Shown here: one piece after another, positions 24,203-37,169 of the stretch
Position numbering within the stretch: position 1 is the stretch's first letter
Layout: the number at the start of each line of letters is the position of its first letter
Source of the DNA: Malacoraja senta
Lineage: Eukaryota
Reading direction: 5' to 3'
Assembly (NCBI GenBank): GCA_038087875.1
Contig: CM075984.1
Coordinates: 27,962,001-28,026,000 of the forward strand
Length of the DNA stretch: 64,000 bases
Notes under the pieces: generated by a model
Database searches by the model: none
What the model saw: the letters and a program-made list of their open reading frames with translations, nothing else
Told to the model about the DNA's origin: nothing
Translations under genes and position numbers: made by a program

Positions 24203-24650
24203 CGAAAAAGCACGTTGATGAGGATGTTGTAAACAGGCAGATGCACTGTCCACAAAATTATCCATCACCTGTGGGAATGATCTTCAGATTTGAAAATTCA
24301 TGTCATGTAATTGTTCTAACATTATCTGGATTTGAACTCTGTGCAATTTAGTTATCATCTTGAACATTTAATTTGTACCCATTCATTTTCAGGTCAATTG
24401 ACCTGACCTGGTCAAATAGCTTCCAGTTCAATCATGGGGAAACAAGGAAGCAGAGTGTTTCCTTGTTCAGACAAACTACTTTAGAAACTACTTTACAAAC
24501 CCTGACTGTCAGTGTGGATACTCGTCACGGTTGTTGATTCTTGTGCTGTTCCATTTCGTGAAGCGGAACGAGAATTTCGGGTGCAGTAGAACATAATCAA
24601 TTTCCAGACTCAAATCCACAAACTCAAGCACTAAATCTCGTTTAAAACAG

Positions 24651-24918
24651 TGAGCCGAGCCCGGCGGGCTGTGCACGTCTGAAGAATCCTGGCGTGCCGC
24701 GGTCAGAACCGGCAGCAGGCGTGGGGCGCCCGTTCCGGAGCTGGGAACCCGCCTGGAAAGACTGGTGGGCTGCACGGTCAGATGCAGAGAGATCTGGCAG
24801 TCTGCAGTCTGTAGGGGGGAAGCCGCAGAGCCCGGCCCCTGCTCGTCCCCTGAAGACCACAGAACCGAAGAAGAGGAAGCTGGCAATGGCAGTCCCGAGG
24901 AGCAAGGCCGGTAGGAAA
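24651..24918 (+). other. Candidate GC-rich exon (EPSPAG...PKKRKLAMAVPRSKAGRK)
   Basis: aaacag| acceptor, 89 open codons after 1 nt, strong donor AAA|gtaagc, CpG-rich, NLS-like PKKRK; no recognised homolog. Confidence 0.35.
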
Positions 24919-25404
24919 GTAAGCCGGGATTGTACCTTCCGCGCCCTCATAGTTGGCTGTGGGAAGCACCCCTGGGGCGCAAAGATGGCCGGGTGATCCA
25001 ATTGAATGATCAAGTTGAAGGTGATGGCTGGAGACTCTGTAGAAGCCTGTGGTTCGGCTGGATTGGGCACCACTCCATCGGGCCTGGCTCAAAAAAGAAT
25101 GTCACTGTTTTTTACTCAATTGCCAATAAAGCATCATTGATTCATTTCGTCATTAAATAATTGAATCATTGAATAATTTTCTCTGCTGGCCCATTCAGCC
25201 AAAGATAAATACAGTTCTCTCCAAAGCATAATTTTAGAAAGAGCATTCCAGTTTCCAACCACCCTCTGTATGATAACATTCCTCCTCAGATCTCTTCTAA
25301 ATCTCTTATCCCTTATCACAGATCAGCATTGTATGATCCAGAGGACAATCAGGGAGATCCAACAAAGGACATCAGGAAGAAGCAGCATGTATTTCGTTAA
25401 ATGG

Positions 25405-25536
25405 TCCCTACGTCAACTTACGACAACCTACGACAGCAAGTATTGTTGCCACTGTCGCCAAAAAAATTTCCACGTTGAAAATTTTGCAGCAGTCGCCTGT
25501 CGCCGCCCAAAAAATCGCCTATGTGGGACAGGTCCA
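25405..25536. mobile_element. Harbinger-type MITE, one-ended fragment
   Basis: aaaaaatcgcctatgtgggacaggtcca followed by TAA. Confidence 0.7.
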
Positions 25537-27299
25537 TAACCCTCTCTTTTACTGAAGTGTAGGATTTGGAGTGGAACTCGTGCCCACAGACGTCTCATTA
25601 AAAAAATTCTCACATTCCTGCTCAGCCATGCCCAACATGTTCTCCTGCTTCATCTGAAGGAAACAAATGAATTTCCAAGCACATTGGGCAATTTACTTCC
25701 CAGAGATAACATTTCTAAACTCAAGATTAACTGGCTATTTATTTTCTTGTTGATTGTGGAATCAGCAGTGTGCAAATTGACTGTTCTTTATGTAAATATC
25801 CATCAAAGCAATTAAAGTGAGTCATGTTTTGGAGCTTTTAGAGATGCAATTACTCTATGCACACATGCAACACTGTAGCACAGCCCATTATACTAGTTAT
25901 AGAATGAAAAGGCTCTTTTCGCACAAAGACCAATTATGACCATTGGATAAGCATTGGGTGCTGCATTATAAAGGCATGCTCGCTTACAGGAAGATGACTG
26001 GGCAAGCCATAGAATGCAAACCACAACAAGGACAACCGCGCAAGAAATGAATAAATCAGCAGGCTTTAAGCTTCTAACAATTAACTGTTTAGTGTTCCCA
26101 TGGCATAATTCTACAGAATGATCCGATAGTCGGATCAGAAGGCTTTGAAGGGATAGAAAAGATTTAAGATCATTAGCCAGATTCTGTTGTGACACTAATC
26201 CCAGAGGAGAAGAAACTAATCGTGGTGACAGAACGTTCTGGAGAAGTCACTTTCATTACTCGCAATCTGGTTCATGAGGGATGCGGGATAATTTCAATAA
26301 AACTTCATTTTTAAGCAGTTTTCGCGAAAGATTTAACAGCTGGAGAGAAAATGAAGATACCGGATCTGTGTTTCATTCTGAATGTCAGCTTTAAATGGTA
26401 GAGAGTCCAACATCTGACAATCAGCACAGCAGTGGGACAGCAGACAGTGTCACTGTCTCACAGCTCCCGAGATCCCGAGACCCCGAGACGTCCGCACAAA
26501 CTGACGTCTGGCGCTGTGTATATGGAGCTTGCATGTTCTCCCTGTGACCCCCTGAGTTTCCCTCAGGTGCTCTGGTTTTGTACCACATCACAAAAACGGG
26601 CAGATTGATAGGTTAATTAGCCACTGTATATTGCCCCATAATGTGGAAGTAAGTAGTCCAATCTAGGAGAAGTTAATGGGAATGTGGGAAGAACAATTAG
26701 AAGGAAAATTAATGAAGAATGACATTGCCCTGTGAGCGGCGTGGACTCAAAGGGCCAAATGGCATGCAGTGCTTAAAGGGAATATGGAAGTAATTCATGA
26801 TGTGATAAGAGTAATGCTTCAGACTATTGCACGCCTGTGTCTATTGCAGGTAATACAGCTCCTAAGTTGGAGAATTGAGCTGTATTTTCATCAACATTTG
26901 TTTGTTTCTCAGGGTAAAATTGCAGAGTTCAAATCACAATTGCTTGGAATGTCATTGCCGTAAAGGTTGCTGCAATTGCAATGTAGGACTCAACCTTAAG
27001 AGAGTGAGAGGAAACAGACCCATGCAAGTGTTTCTGAAAAGTAAGACCTTCCCTGCAACTTTCTAGTGGAGTCATGCCACAACTGTCAAGTTATAATCAT
27101 ACACAACCCTGGCGAGTTTGTGTGCAATTTTGATCTCCTTACCTGGGAAAATGATATATCTGCATTAGAGGGACTACTGCAAAGATTCATTGGACTGATT
27201 CCTAGAATGGTGAGATCGCTATCTGAGGTAAGATTAAGTCCATCCGCTCTCCAAAGGACATGCTAAGGCATCCCTATGTCCATTCTCCAATATAGTGAT

Positions 27300-27533
27300 C
27301 AATGCTTCTTAAACTGGTGAATGGTTCACCCAAGGGTGAATGAAATTATTTTGTGGTGAACGTTAATTTATGTTTTTTGCTCATGTGACAAAATAAATTA
27401 TATATAAAATTATACACAAGGGAGAATAAGATGAAAATTACCAAAAAACATAAGAAAATTTAGTCGAGGGTGATTGAAATTTTGTGGTAAAGACTCAAGG
27501 GTGAATGACACTGAAATAGTTTAAGAAGCACTG
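27300..27533. mobile_element. hAT (Charlie-like) MITE, 234 bp
   Basis: 16-bp TIRs caatgcttcttaaact / agtttaagaagcactg (1 mismatch); subterminal repeat caagggtgaatga near both ends; right flank gtctacag resembles the NTCTAGAN target but the TSD is not matched on the left. Confidence 0.7.
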
Positions 27534-27852
27534 GTCTACAGCATGGAAACAGGCCTTTCAGCCCACCATGTTTCTGCTGACCATCAATGCTATACACGCT
27601 AATCCCATGTCATGGATTAATTCCATATTCATCTGCGTCTTGCTCATTCAACTACCTGTCCAGATGCCTCTGAACTATTTCTGCATTTTCCACCTTCTGA
27701 ATGATCCTGGTTAAAACAACATGTCCGATTTCGCATATCTAACCTGTTTTTTGAAAAATTGGCCTAGATTTTGGTATCTGTAAAAATGAAGAGAATATGT
27801 TCAAAGCTTGTTCCCATAGTCATGGAGGGATGAAGCATGGAGACAGACAAGA

Positions 27853-28410
27853 GCCACCGGGTGGCTGCCTCGCCTTTTTCTAATCTCTTACCTCGACGGA
27901 GATGCATTTTTTTCCTGTATTGTATCTCCGTCTGCATTGCGACCTAACATCGAGGACATTTGCTGGAGACCGACTTTTGAGAGCTCCACCGCAGGTGCCT
28001 ATGGGACTTTAACATCGTGGAGCCCGCGATCCCTTTGCCAGGGATCGACCTCGGAACTCCAACCGTGGGTACTTGTGGATTTACATCACGGAGCCCGACA
28101 TCGGGAACTCCAAGCCGCGGGAGTTGCGATTGCCCCACGCGGGAGCTTTGACCACCAGCTGTGGGAGCTTCGATCGCCCCGACGGATGGTTCGACTGCCC
28201 CGACCATGGGAGAATAAAGAGGATGAAGATTGGACTTTTTTGCCTTCCATCACAGTGAGGAATGTGGGGAATTTGCTGTGGTGGATGTTTATGTTAACTT
28301 TTATGTAGTAGTGTGTCTTGTTGCTTTTTGTTTCATGTGGCTGCATGATAATTTGCATATCACTGTACCTTATTGGTACACGTGACATTAAAAGACCTTT
28401 GAAATCTTTA
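27853..28410 (+). mobile_element. Non-autonomous CpG-rich retroposon (same family)
   Basis: ggtggctgcctcgcc 5' block, gccttccatcacagtgaggaatgtg 3' block, cactgtaccttattggtacacgtgac tail. Confidence 0.75.
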
Positions 28411-28753
28411 AATAACAAACAGAGAGAGGTTAATCTGCTTCTACCCCATTAACCCTTTGACCTACAGTCACCCAATCACAGATATTACCTGTGGCCTTTC
28501 TAACCCTCCCTCCACCTTCTTTTTTTCGTTTTTAATACCCCTTTCCCAGTACTTAATGTAAAGTCATGGACCTGAAATGTTTCTCCCTCCACAAATCTGC
28601 TGAGTGTTTCCGGCACTTTCTGTTCTAATTTCAGTTGCAGTCTTCTGAGGGAGTCTAGAGGGGTGTTTTGTCACAATCACTCCTTTGGATTGGTGTTCAA
28701 CCTGCACAAAGGGCAGTCTATCACGTGCATTAGTGGAACCCCTCAAGCTATAG

Positions 28754-29084
28754 GGCGGCGGCATGGTGGCGCAGTGGTAGAGTTGTTCCCTTACAGTGCT
28801 TATAACACCAAAGACCCAGGTTCGAACCTGGCTACGGGTGCGTGTCTGTACGGAGTTTATACATTCTCCCCGTAACCTTGCGGCTTTTCTCCGAGAACTG
28901 GTTTCCAACACTCCTGAAATGTACAGGTTTGTAGGTTAATTGGCTTGGTATATATGTAAAAATTGTCCCTAATGTAGGATAATGTTAATGTGCGGGCATC
29001 GCTGGTAGGAGCGGACTTGGTGGGCCGAAGGGCCTGTTTCCGCACTGTATCTCTGAACTAAACTAAACTAAAGTAAACTAAACT
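28754..29084 (+). mobile_element. HE1/V-SINE-like SINE, full length
   Basis: A-box tggcgcagtgg, B-box ggttcgaacc, core, CR1-like tail and (ctaaa)n. Confidence 0.9.
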
Positions 29085-29379
29085 ACAGCTAAACTGGATG
29101 CTCATTAGAACTCTGCTTGAACCTGACAAAAATCCCAGAACTGAACTGAAACATTGGCTGTTTCTATCTTCATAAATGCTGCCTGACAAGCTGATTGTTT
29201 CAAGCATTTTCTGTTTTATTATGCTGCTTCAAATCTAATTTCTGAGGCAGCTGTTTGTAATGTCAGCTATGTTATATTATTGAAGTACCATAGCATTGCC
29301 TCAACTGTACCATCTGTTAGACGAGAAATGTCTTCCTTTTTCAGGAAATGTGGCATTCCCTCTACTATGGTCCTCAGTC

Positions 29380-29985
29380 GCATTTCCTCGATTTACTGCT
29401 CTTACCACTCTCAACTCATATAGAACAGAGATAGAGTTCTCTCAGTCCTCACCTTTCACCCTATCAACCATTGCACCCAGCACATCATCCTTCATCTTTT
29501 CAGCTAGTTGCAACACAATCCCACTAACCAGTCAAATCTGCCCTTCCCCACTCCTTCTGCTCTCCGCAGGAACCATTCTAACCACAACTCTCAGCTTTGG
29601 CCACCCTTTCATACCCACCACTCCATGACCCTGTAACCATAGGAGGTGAAACACTTGTCCCTATATTGCCACCGTCACCACCATCTTGAGATCTAAATAG
29701 CGCTATCAGGTTAGGCAATGATTAGCATGTACCTCTTCCAATCTCAGCTATTAAAGTCAGTACTTTCAATGTGGCCTCCTATACAATATAATATAGCAAG
29801 AGCAAGATAGACTAGGCGACCTTTTAGCAGAACACTTTCCCTTTGTCCTCAATGACCACCTTGAGTACCTGGTTGTATATCATTTTATCTCCCTTTCATT
29901 CCCAGACTGACCAGTCTGTCCTGGGCCTCCTCCATTCACAGGGTGAGGCCCAACGAACATAAGAACAACACCTCATTGTGGACTT
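29380..29985 (+). mobile_element. Old Penelope-like GIY-YIG fragment
   Basis: Degenerate homolog of 48325-48715 (tgtacctcttccaatctc...tgtggcctcctatac...agactaggcgaccttttagcagaacac). Confidence 0.65.
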
Positions 29986-30220
29986 TGGATTTTTTCCTCT
30001 GTTATAGTAATACTATAATTAGACTAAGTGGGACCCGTTGGGTCCCATGTTCACACAGGAGGGCTTGTCCCCCAACGCAATATTCCACCTCTCCACCAAT
30101 TCCAATATTTCTGGCCAGTGGAGGGGGGGTGGCTTTCTGGAGCGCTAGTATGGGTGTTGTGGGCCGAAGGGACTGGTTTCCAGAGGGCTAGTATGGACAT
30201 TGTGGGCCGAATGGATTCTT

Positions 30221-30356
30221 GGGCTGGCAGCTCAGTCACTCAGGCCTGGTGGTCTGGCAGCTCAGTTACTCAGGCCTGGTGGGCTGGCAGCTCAGACACT
30301 CAGGCCTGGTGGGCTGACAGCTCAGTCACTCAGGCCTGGTGGGCTGGCAGCTCAGA
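30221..30356. repeat. 30-bp minisatellite, ~4.5 copies
   Basis: unit gggctggcagctcagtcactcaggcctggt. Confidence 0.95.
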
Positions 30357-30829
30357 AACTGCCAGAAATTCTGCCCAAAACAGGTGAGAGACTCTGTGAG
30401 AGAAAGAAGGGGGAGAGGGTGGAGAATCAATTTTAGACATTTTTCATCTTTTTTTACAGATCACAGCAATGAAGGAGGAAAGGTCTATCCTGGCCTGGAT
30501 CTCACAGGGAGCAAATGAAGGGAGGGAGAAAAATACTTCGGTGAGGTTTGATACTTGCAGGGGGAATACATACTGATGTGCCGAAGGGACTCCTCCTGGG
30601 CTAGTACAGGCCTGATGGGCCAAAGGGGCTCTTAAAAAAAATCTGAGTGAAATCTCAATGAAAGCTACTTTTTCTGGACTTTTCCTGGCCTGGCAATGGC
30701 CTTTTGGGCCGAAATGCTCCTCCTGGGCTAATACAGGCATTTTGGGCAAAACGGACTGGTTTCTCGGCTAATAGGGGCCTTGTGGGCCGAAATTAGTGGT
30801 TTCAGGCAGGCCATTTCATTTACATTTCA

Positions 30830-31550
30830 TTTCTAGCACAGGGCTGGACAAACATTGCATTTTCATTTCATTTCCAATTCCATTGCAGTTTCAAGCACAG
30901 GGCAGGCCGAATAGCTCATTGCATTTTCATATCACTTTCATTGCCATTGCAGTTTCAAGCACAGGGCAGGCTCAATCCAAACATCTGATTGTATTTTCAT
31001 TTCACTTCCATTCCCATTGCAGTTTCAAGCACAGGGCAGGCTCAAGCCAAACAGCTGATTGCATTTTCACTTCACTTCCATTGAGATTGCAGTTTCAAGC
31101 ATGGGGCAGGCTTAAGCCAAACAGCTGATTGCATTTTCACTTCACTTCCATTGCCATTGCAGTTTCAAGCACAGGGCAGGCTCAAGCCAAACAGCTGATT
31201 GCATTTTCACTTCATTTCCATTGCCATTGCAGTTTCAAGCACAGGGCAGGCTCAAGCCAAACAGCTGATTGCATTTTCACTTCATTTCCAATACCATCGC
31301 AGCTTCAAGCATAATGCTGGCTCAAGCCAAACAGTTGATTGCATTTTCACTTCATTTCCATTGCCATTGCAGTTTCAAGCACAGGGCAGGCTCAAGCCAA
31401 ACAGCTGATTGTATTTTCACTTCATTTCCATTGCCAGTGCAGTTTCAAGCACAGGGCAGGCTCAAGCCAAACAGCTGATTGCATTTTCACTTCATTTCTA
31501 TTGCCATTGCAGTTTCAAGCACAGGGCAGGCCAAACAACTCATTTCATTT
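30830..31550. repeat. 70-bp minisatellite, ~10 copies
   Basis: unit ttgcagtttcaagcacagggcaggctcaagccaaacagctgattgcattttcacttcatttccattgcca. Confidence 0.95.
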
Positions 31551-32307
31551 TCATTAAGGGCTAACAAATCATTTATTCAAGTACATTGCACACTCACAGT
31601 TCAGTTGATGCACAGCAGAATGAGAGTCGTGGCCTCTCCCTTGCGATCTTGCAGAGTGAGTGAGTCAAGTCCAGGCATCCGGGGTTTTATAGTCCTGCCC
31701 CCCCCCCCGGAAGGGGCGTTACCTTCATCGCGGTGATTGACAGGAGAGAGGATCTCAAGGTTTTTTAAACACTCATAGTTCTTTTATTTTTCATTGATGG
31801 GAAAAATCCTCGGGGCCTGATCACCGGAGGCGGACTGTGAGTAAGATGGCCAAAACTCACAGCCATATACGGTAGCATTTTTTCTAAAATCAATATACAG
31901 CGCAGACAGAAAGTGGTCAAGATGAGACTTTTAATTATATAGATGTTGCAAAACTACATTCAGCATTCTTGTATTTTTCTCTTTGCCCTTCCTGTTATAA
32001 TTATGTATAACTTGATTGTACTCAAGTATACTGTAATTTGACTGAACAGCAGGCAAACGAAGCGTTGCTCTGTATCTCGGTACACTTGACCATAATCCGA
32101 TATCACTAACAAACCAATACAAAACTTTGTTTTACATGCTATCCAGGTAAAACAAAATCAATACCTGATTGCAATCAAGTTTATACATCAGCTCAAAAGG
32201 TAATGCGAAGAGAAAGAAAACAGAATGCATGATATAGTGTTACTGCTACAGAGAAGATGCAGATAAAAATGTTCAAAATCCAAAACCAGGTAGATTTGCA
32301 GGTTGAA

Positions 32308-32418
32308 AATACATCTCTTAGCTCGAGAGAGGTCTATTGAAGAGTCTGATAGCAGCAGGAAAGAATACATCCCATAGCTCGAGAGAGAGGTCTATTCAAG
32401 AGTCTGATAGCAGGAAAG
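32308..32418. repeat. ~55-bp local tandem duplication in an old LINE tail
   Basis: aatacatc..tagctcgagagaggtctatt.aagagtctgatagcag..gaaag occurs twice in tandem. Confidence 0.8.
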
Positions 32419-32522
32419 AAGCTGTTTCTGAATCTGGTGGGACATGCTTTTCAAGATTCTGCCCAACATGAGAGGGAAGAAAAGAGAATGACCAGAGTGT
32501 AAGTGGTCCTTGATAATGTCAT

Positions 32523-32720
32523 GGGAAAGAACTGCAGATGCTGGTTTAAATCGAAGGTAGACACAATATGCTGGAGTAACTCAGCAGGACAGGCAGCGTC
32601 ACTAGAGAGAAGAAATGGGTGATGTTTCGGAAAGGGACTCGACCCAGAACATCACCTATTCCTTCTCTCCAGAGATGCTGCCTGTCCCACTGAGCTACTC
32701 CAGCATTTTGTGTCTACCTT
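32523..32720. mobile_element. Inverted pair of Penelope-like pLTR fragments (long hairpin)
   Basis: aaggtagacacaatatgctggagtaactcagc... followed by ...ctgagctactccagcattttgtgtctacctt. Confidence 0.8.
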
Positions 32721-34279
32721 GATTATGTTGGCTGCTTTCCTGAGGCAGCATGGTTTAGATAAAGTCAATGGTGGGGTAGGAAAGGGAGGTGGTTTGGGCT
32801 ACATCCAGTATGAAGGCCTCTACTCATGGAGGCAGAGACTGTTTATTAAATAAATCTTCAAGAACGTTTATGGATGGCACAGTGGTGAAGCTTTCTCACA
32901 GCTCTCGAGAGCCGTATTCGATCTTGACCACCGGAGCTTTCTATCTGGAGTTGGCATGTTCTCCCTGTGAATTTGCGAGGGAAGATAGCATTGCGGTGTA
33001 TATGCATAGTTCATTGCAAGCGGTAGGGTAGATTGATAAAGGAGTTGAAGTAGCACACAGGATCTCGGGATGTATAAATAAAACCATGAACAAGAACATG
33101 GTAGGCATGATGAACCTTATAATAGCACATGGGTAAGGTGTGTGGTTCTGGGCACGGCACTTCAGGAAAAATGTAAAGTCCTTTGAAAAAGTGAAGAATA
33201 GGTTTACACAAATGATTGCAGGGTTCAGGGATGTGGGGATCTGAGGGGGGTCTGAAGGAGGGTCTAGACCCAAAATGTCACCTATTCCATTTCTGCTCAG
33301 ATGCTGCCTGACCCACTAAGTTACTCCAGCTTTTTGTGCCTATCTCCGGAGGTTTTAACATCCAGGTTAGAGTATCTCTCCCCTTTGGCAAAAGCATCAA
33401 GTTGCAACACAGAATGAAGGGGGCTGGCAGAAGATCAAATAAGACAAGAAAAACTATTTTTTGGCAGCAACTACTAAGGGATTTGCATAGCCAGGGGTAA
33501 TACTGGAGAGGGTTTCAATTGTAACTTTCAAAAGGAAGCTGGTGCAGATATAAAAATAAAAGACTTGCAAAGCTTTGGAGAATGGAATGGGACTTGCTGG
33601 ATTACTACTAGATAAAACTGGAGCAGATTTGATACACCTTCCATATACAGTATTTGCAATCAAGCTAATGCTTTGCCTTAAAGTCTGGCTGTTGAGATGG
33701 CTTTGTCTGTCGCATGTTCCAATGGTCCACAATTTCATGGTATTCTGGTGTTTCCAGTCACTTAGCTGTTGTGCATTATTTCATCGGTTTATTTCAATCT
33801 AATATCCAATCACATTGCCATCAGCGCGCTGTTCTAACTTACATCGTTTAACAGACTTACATTAATAGTAAGTCTGTCACTTTCAGTCCTTACCACACAG
33901 GCACATTTTCTTGGACAACGTGCAGTATCCCTTGCAAAACTAAGTGGGTGTTCCAAATAAAACCTCACGTGAAGTCAATATACAACATGATCAAACCACT
34001 GTCTGAAACTATGCTGCTCTATGCTGTCCCCAGTGACTGTACATTCTTAAAATGACATTCTGTCAGTTGCTGTGATGCTATTAGATTATTTCTGAGCTAC
34101 TCACAAGGCTGTAGTTATCCTCTGTTTTGGTAACACTCTTCAACCTGGAAATTATTGTTACACGTGGTGTGGCATATTTTCCAACAACCTATAATGAAAG
34201 GAACAAGAATAATAAGCGACGTCAAGAATGTCTTCACAGCTATTATCAGACTTATGAATGGTCCTTCCATAAGCTAGGG

Positions 34280-34877
34280 TAGACAATAGACAATAGGTGC
34301 AAGAGTAGGCCATTCAGCCCTTTGAGCCACCACCACCATTCACTGTGATCATGGCTGATCATCCACAATCAGTACCCCGTTCCTGCCTTCTCTCCATATA
34401 CCTTCACTCCTCTATCTTTAAGAAATCTATCTAACTCTCTCTTGAAAGCCGCCAGAGAATTGGCCTCCACTGCCTTCTGAGGCAGAGAATTCCACAGATT
34501 CACAATTCTCTGTGTGAAAAAGTTTTCCTCATCTCTGTTCTATATGGCTTACCCCTTATTCTTAAACCCCTGGTTGGCCCCTGGTTCTGGACTCTCCCAA
34601 CATCGGGAACATGTTTCCTGCCTCTACCGTGTCCAAACTCTTAATAATGTTATATGTTTCAATAGGATTCCCTCTCATCCTTCTAAATTCCAGAGTATAC
34701 AAGCCCAGCCGCTCCATTGTATTAACATATGACAGTCCTGCCATCCCGAGAATTAACCTTGTGAACCTACGCTGCACTCCCTCAATAGCAAGAATGTCCT
34801 TCCTCAAATTTGGAGACCAAAACTGCACACAATAACCCAGGTGTGGTCTCACTAGGGCCCTGTACAACTGCAGAAGG
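34280..34877 (-). mobile_element. CR1 LINE 3' fragment
   Basis: LYRALVRPHLGYCVQFWSPNLRKDILAIEGVQRRFTRLI; (agacaat)n tail. Confidence 0.92.
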
Positions 34878-35099
34878 ATACAATCCTAATTCTCCAACCT
34901 ACCTCATTGCGTACATTGGACTTTTTTCTCTGGAACTATTACACGACAATACTGAGAACTATATTCTGCACACTAGTATCTTTCATTTCATTCTATCTTT
35001 TGTGCTTGTGTTTGGCTTGATTGTATTCATGTATGATATTATTTGATTTGATTACATAGCAGGCAAATAAAAGCTTTTCACTGTAATATTCTATTAACT

Positions 35100-35830
35100 T
35101 TCCTAACAATTTGCAGTAGCTGCATTATTGCCGTATCATGCACTCGGCTATCCAGATCCATCTACATCCTTTCCAATCTCCCACCATTAAGATAATATCC
35201 TTTTTTTCTTTAAAAAATGATCCATAATGGACAATCTCAAATTTTCTCACATTATATTCCATTTGTCAGATCTGTTTTCCATTCATTTAATCAGTCCATA
35301 CACCTTAGTAATCTCCTTGTGACCTCTTCACTATTTATTTTCTTTCTTGTCTGTATTCCATAAGCAAATAAGCAAAATCTTTCGTCCCTTGAAAGTTGAG
35401 GCCCCAGACCGATTCAACAGCTCTCCGTGATCCAAAACGTTTTTCCCTTTTGCAAACCATCTTGACTATGCCTGATTATCTCATTTCTTTGCAATTCTCC
35501 AGCCAAAATGTTAAACATTTTTAATAATGGCTTCTACCTTATTCCCCATGACACACAGAACAGTACAGTGCAGGAACAGGCTCATCAGTCCATAATGTCA
35601 TGATCTAAAGGTAACCGTGTCCTGCGTTCCATCTCCTTGCCTTTTAGAACAAGGGAATTACTTTTGCTATATTCTAATCTAATGGGACCTTTCCCAGACC
35701 TAGGGAACTGTAAGAAATTAAAAACCATTGCACCAATGATCTCACTCGTTACTTCCTTTAAGATGCCAGGATGAAATACATCGGAACTCAGGGATTTATC
35801 AACCCACAGCTCATATGACTTCAACAGCAG
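35100..35830 (-). mobile_element. Old CR1 RT fragment
   Basis: DKSLSSDVFHPGILKEVTSEI resembles the CR1 KSPGPDG.HPRVLKE motif. Confidence 0.6.
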
Positions 35831-37169
35831 ATTAACTCATGTAAAACGAGCGTTGGACAGTATTATTGAGGGAGCAATTAGTGACCTTAATTATAACATG
35901 GTTGTGTTGTGAATAGCACCTCAAGGGGAGAAATGTAGTTACCAACAGTTAGGTTCAGTCTCAGGCAGAGAGAGGGTTTGAGCTGATCACTAGGGAATGG
36001 ATACTGTGAGCAGAATCAATGGCTTCATCTTCCTAAGACTTAAGTGGAAGAAACCTCCTCCCACCCAGCAACTAGAGGACTGGCAGTGAGGAAAGATGAT
36101 GATAGATACAATTGTGAATGAGTGGAGGCTGCGGTCAGGTAAGTGACTGTGGGGCAGCTCATTGGTAATAAAGGGAGAGTCAGAGAGTCAGGACAACTTC
36201 TTGGGGAGGAACAGAGAAGGTCATCAAGCTTCTAGAAGAGCAGCTCTTTTGTGGAGATTCTCTAGTTAAATTTAGATGGATAAGTGTGGGCCTGCTTACA
36301 AACCGTTTCTGCAGGAACTATGTCACCAGTGGTTTCAACAGGAATGAGTCCAGGAATAGCAGAGATGTATGATAGCTCCTACCTCTCATAACCCTGGTGA
36401 TGTCCCATGGATTTTGACAGTTCTGCCTGTGCTTGGAAGGAATTGCAATTGAGGTGCTTTTATCACCTTCAGCATGGGCTGGTTATCAGCAGACCTTGAG
36501 TGTGTTTTCTGTCATGCTGAGAACTCCCTCATCATAAATGTAGATCCTCCATGATTCCGAGGCCTTGAGGTCATTGCTCATCTACCTCAGATAGCTGTGC
36601 TCCAGTCACAGACTGCCTTATGATCCAACCAAACCAGCATTCCTGACATACCTGGAGTTAAAAACATTACTTGGAACAGCAACTTATTAGTTCCTTGAGA
36701 GCGAGGAAATGTAATCAATTTTTCTGTCTTCTAATAGACTGAGCTCATAATTTTTCATCAATAAAGTCAGAGTATAATTAACACAAAACTATACCATTTG
36801 TTCTGCTTAAGTTACCCTTGACTCCCTGTTTGACAGCTTTTTGAAACTGCAACTTTTAGATTCATTGGAATCTATGTTGCTCATAACTTGGCCTCGATTC
36901 ATCAGTAGAAAGGGTGACCTCCTTCAACCTTTACATCCTTGACATTAAATCTACGTCTTTCCATGCATTGTTTCCACTATTCCTCCCACGCAATATAAAG
37001 CATTGCTACATTTGTTCGAGTATTATGATCAAAACTACACCCGTTTGTGTGCATATGTTGGATGCTGCTCCAAAGTTCTTTGTTTCATTTCCAAAATTTT
37101 CTCAATCTTTCTCTTTGCCATCACGTCTTTCCCATGGATTTGTGTTTGTTTATTTATTAATTTTCCAAT

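Larger units (their letters stand above)
30019..31943 (-). mobile_element. Non-autonomous Helitron (1925 bp) containing two minisatellites
   Basis: Minus strand begins a|TCTATATAATTAAAAGTC and ends GGGACCC-AAC-GGGTCCC-ACTTAGT-CTAA|t: 5' TC, 3' CTRR, subterminal GC hairpin, A^T insertion site, no TSD. Confidence 0.88.

Noticed and set aside
25989-26120. FKLLTIN as the first strand of a TDP2/EEP catalytic domain
   Set aside because: Lacks WN.DGLD, hits a stop within a few codons, and no further EEP motifs follow
28754-28835. tRNA genes at SINE heads (also 58891, 8280 and others)
   Set aside because: A/B boxes run into SINE core and LINE-derived tail; no complete cloverleaf
30221-31550. Regular 30-bp and 70-bp arrays as a CRISPR array or repeat protein gene
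   Set aside because: Units are head-to-tail with no unique spacers, there are no cas genes, the context is eukaryotic and the arrays lie inside a Helitron; the overlapping ORFs are repeat artefacts
33851-33877. Perfect 10-bp hairpin acagacttac-N7-gtaagtctgt
   Set aside because: Isolated short inverted repeat with no supporting context; may be chance or a small template-switch scar
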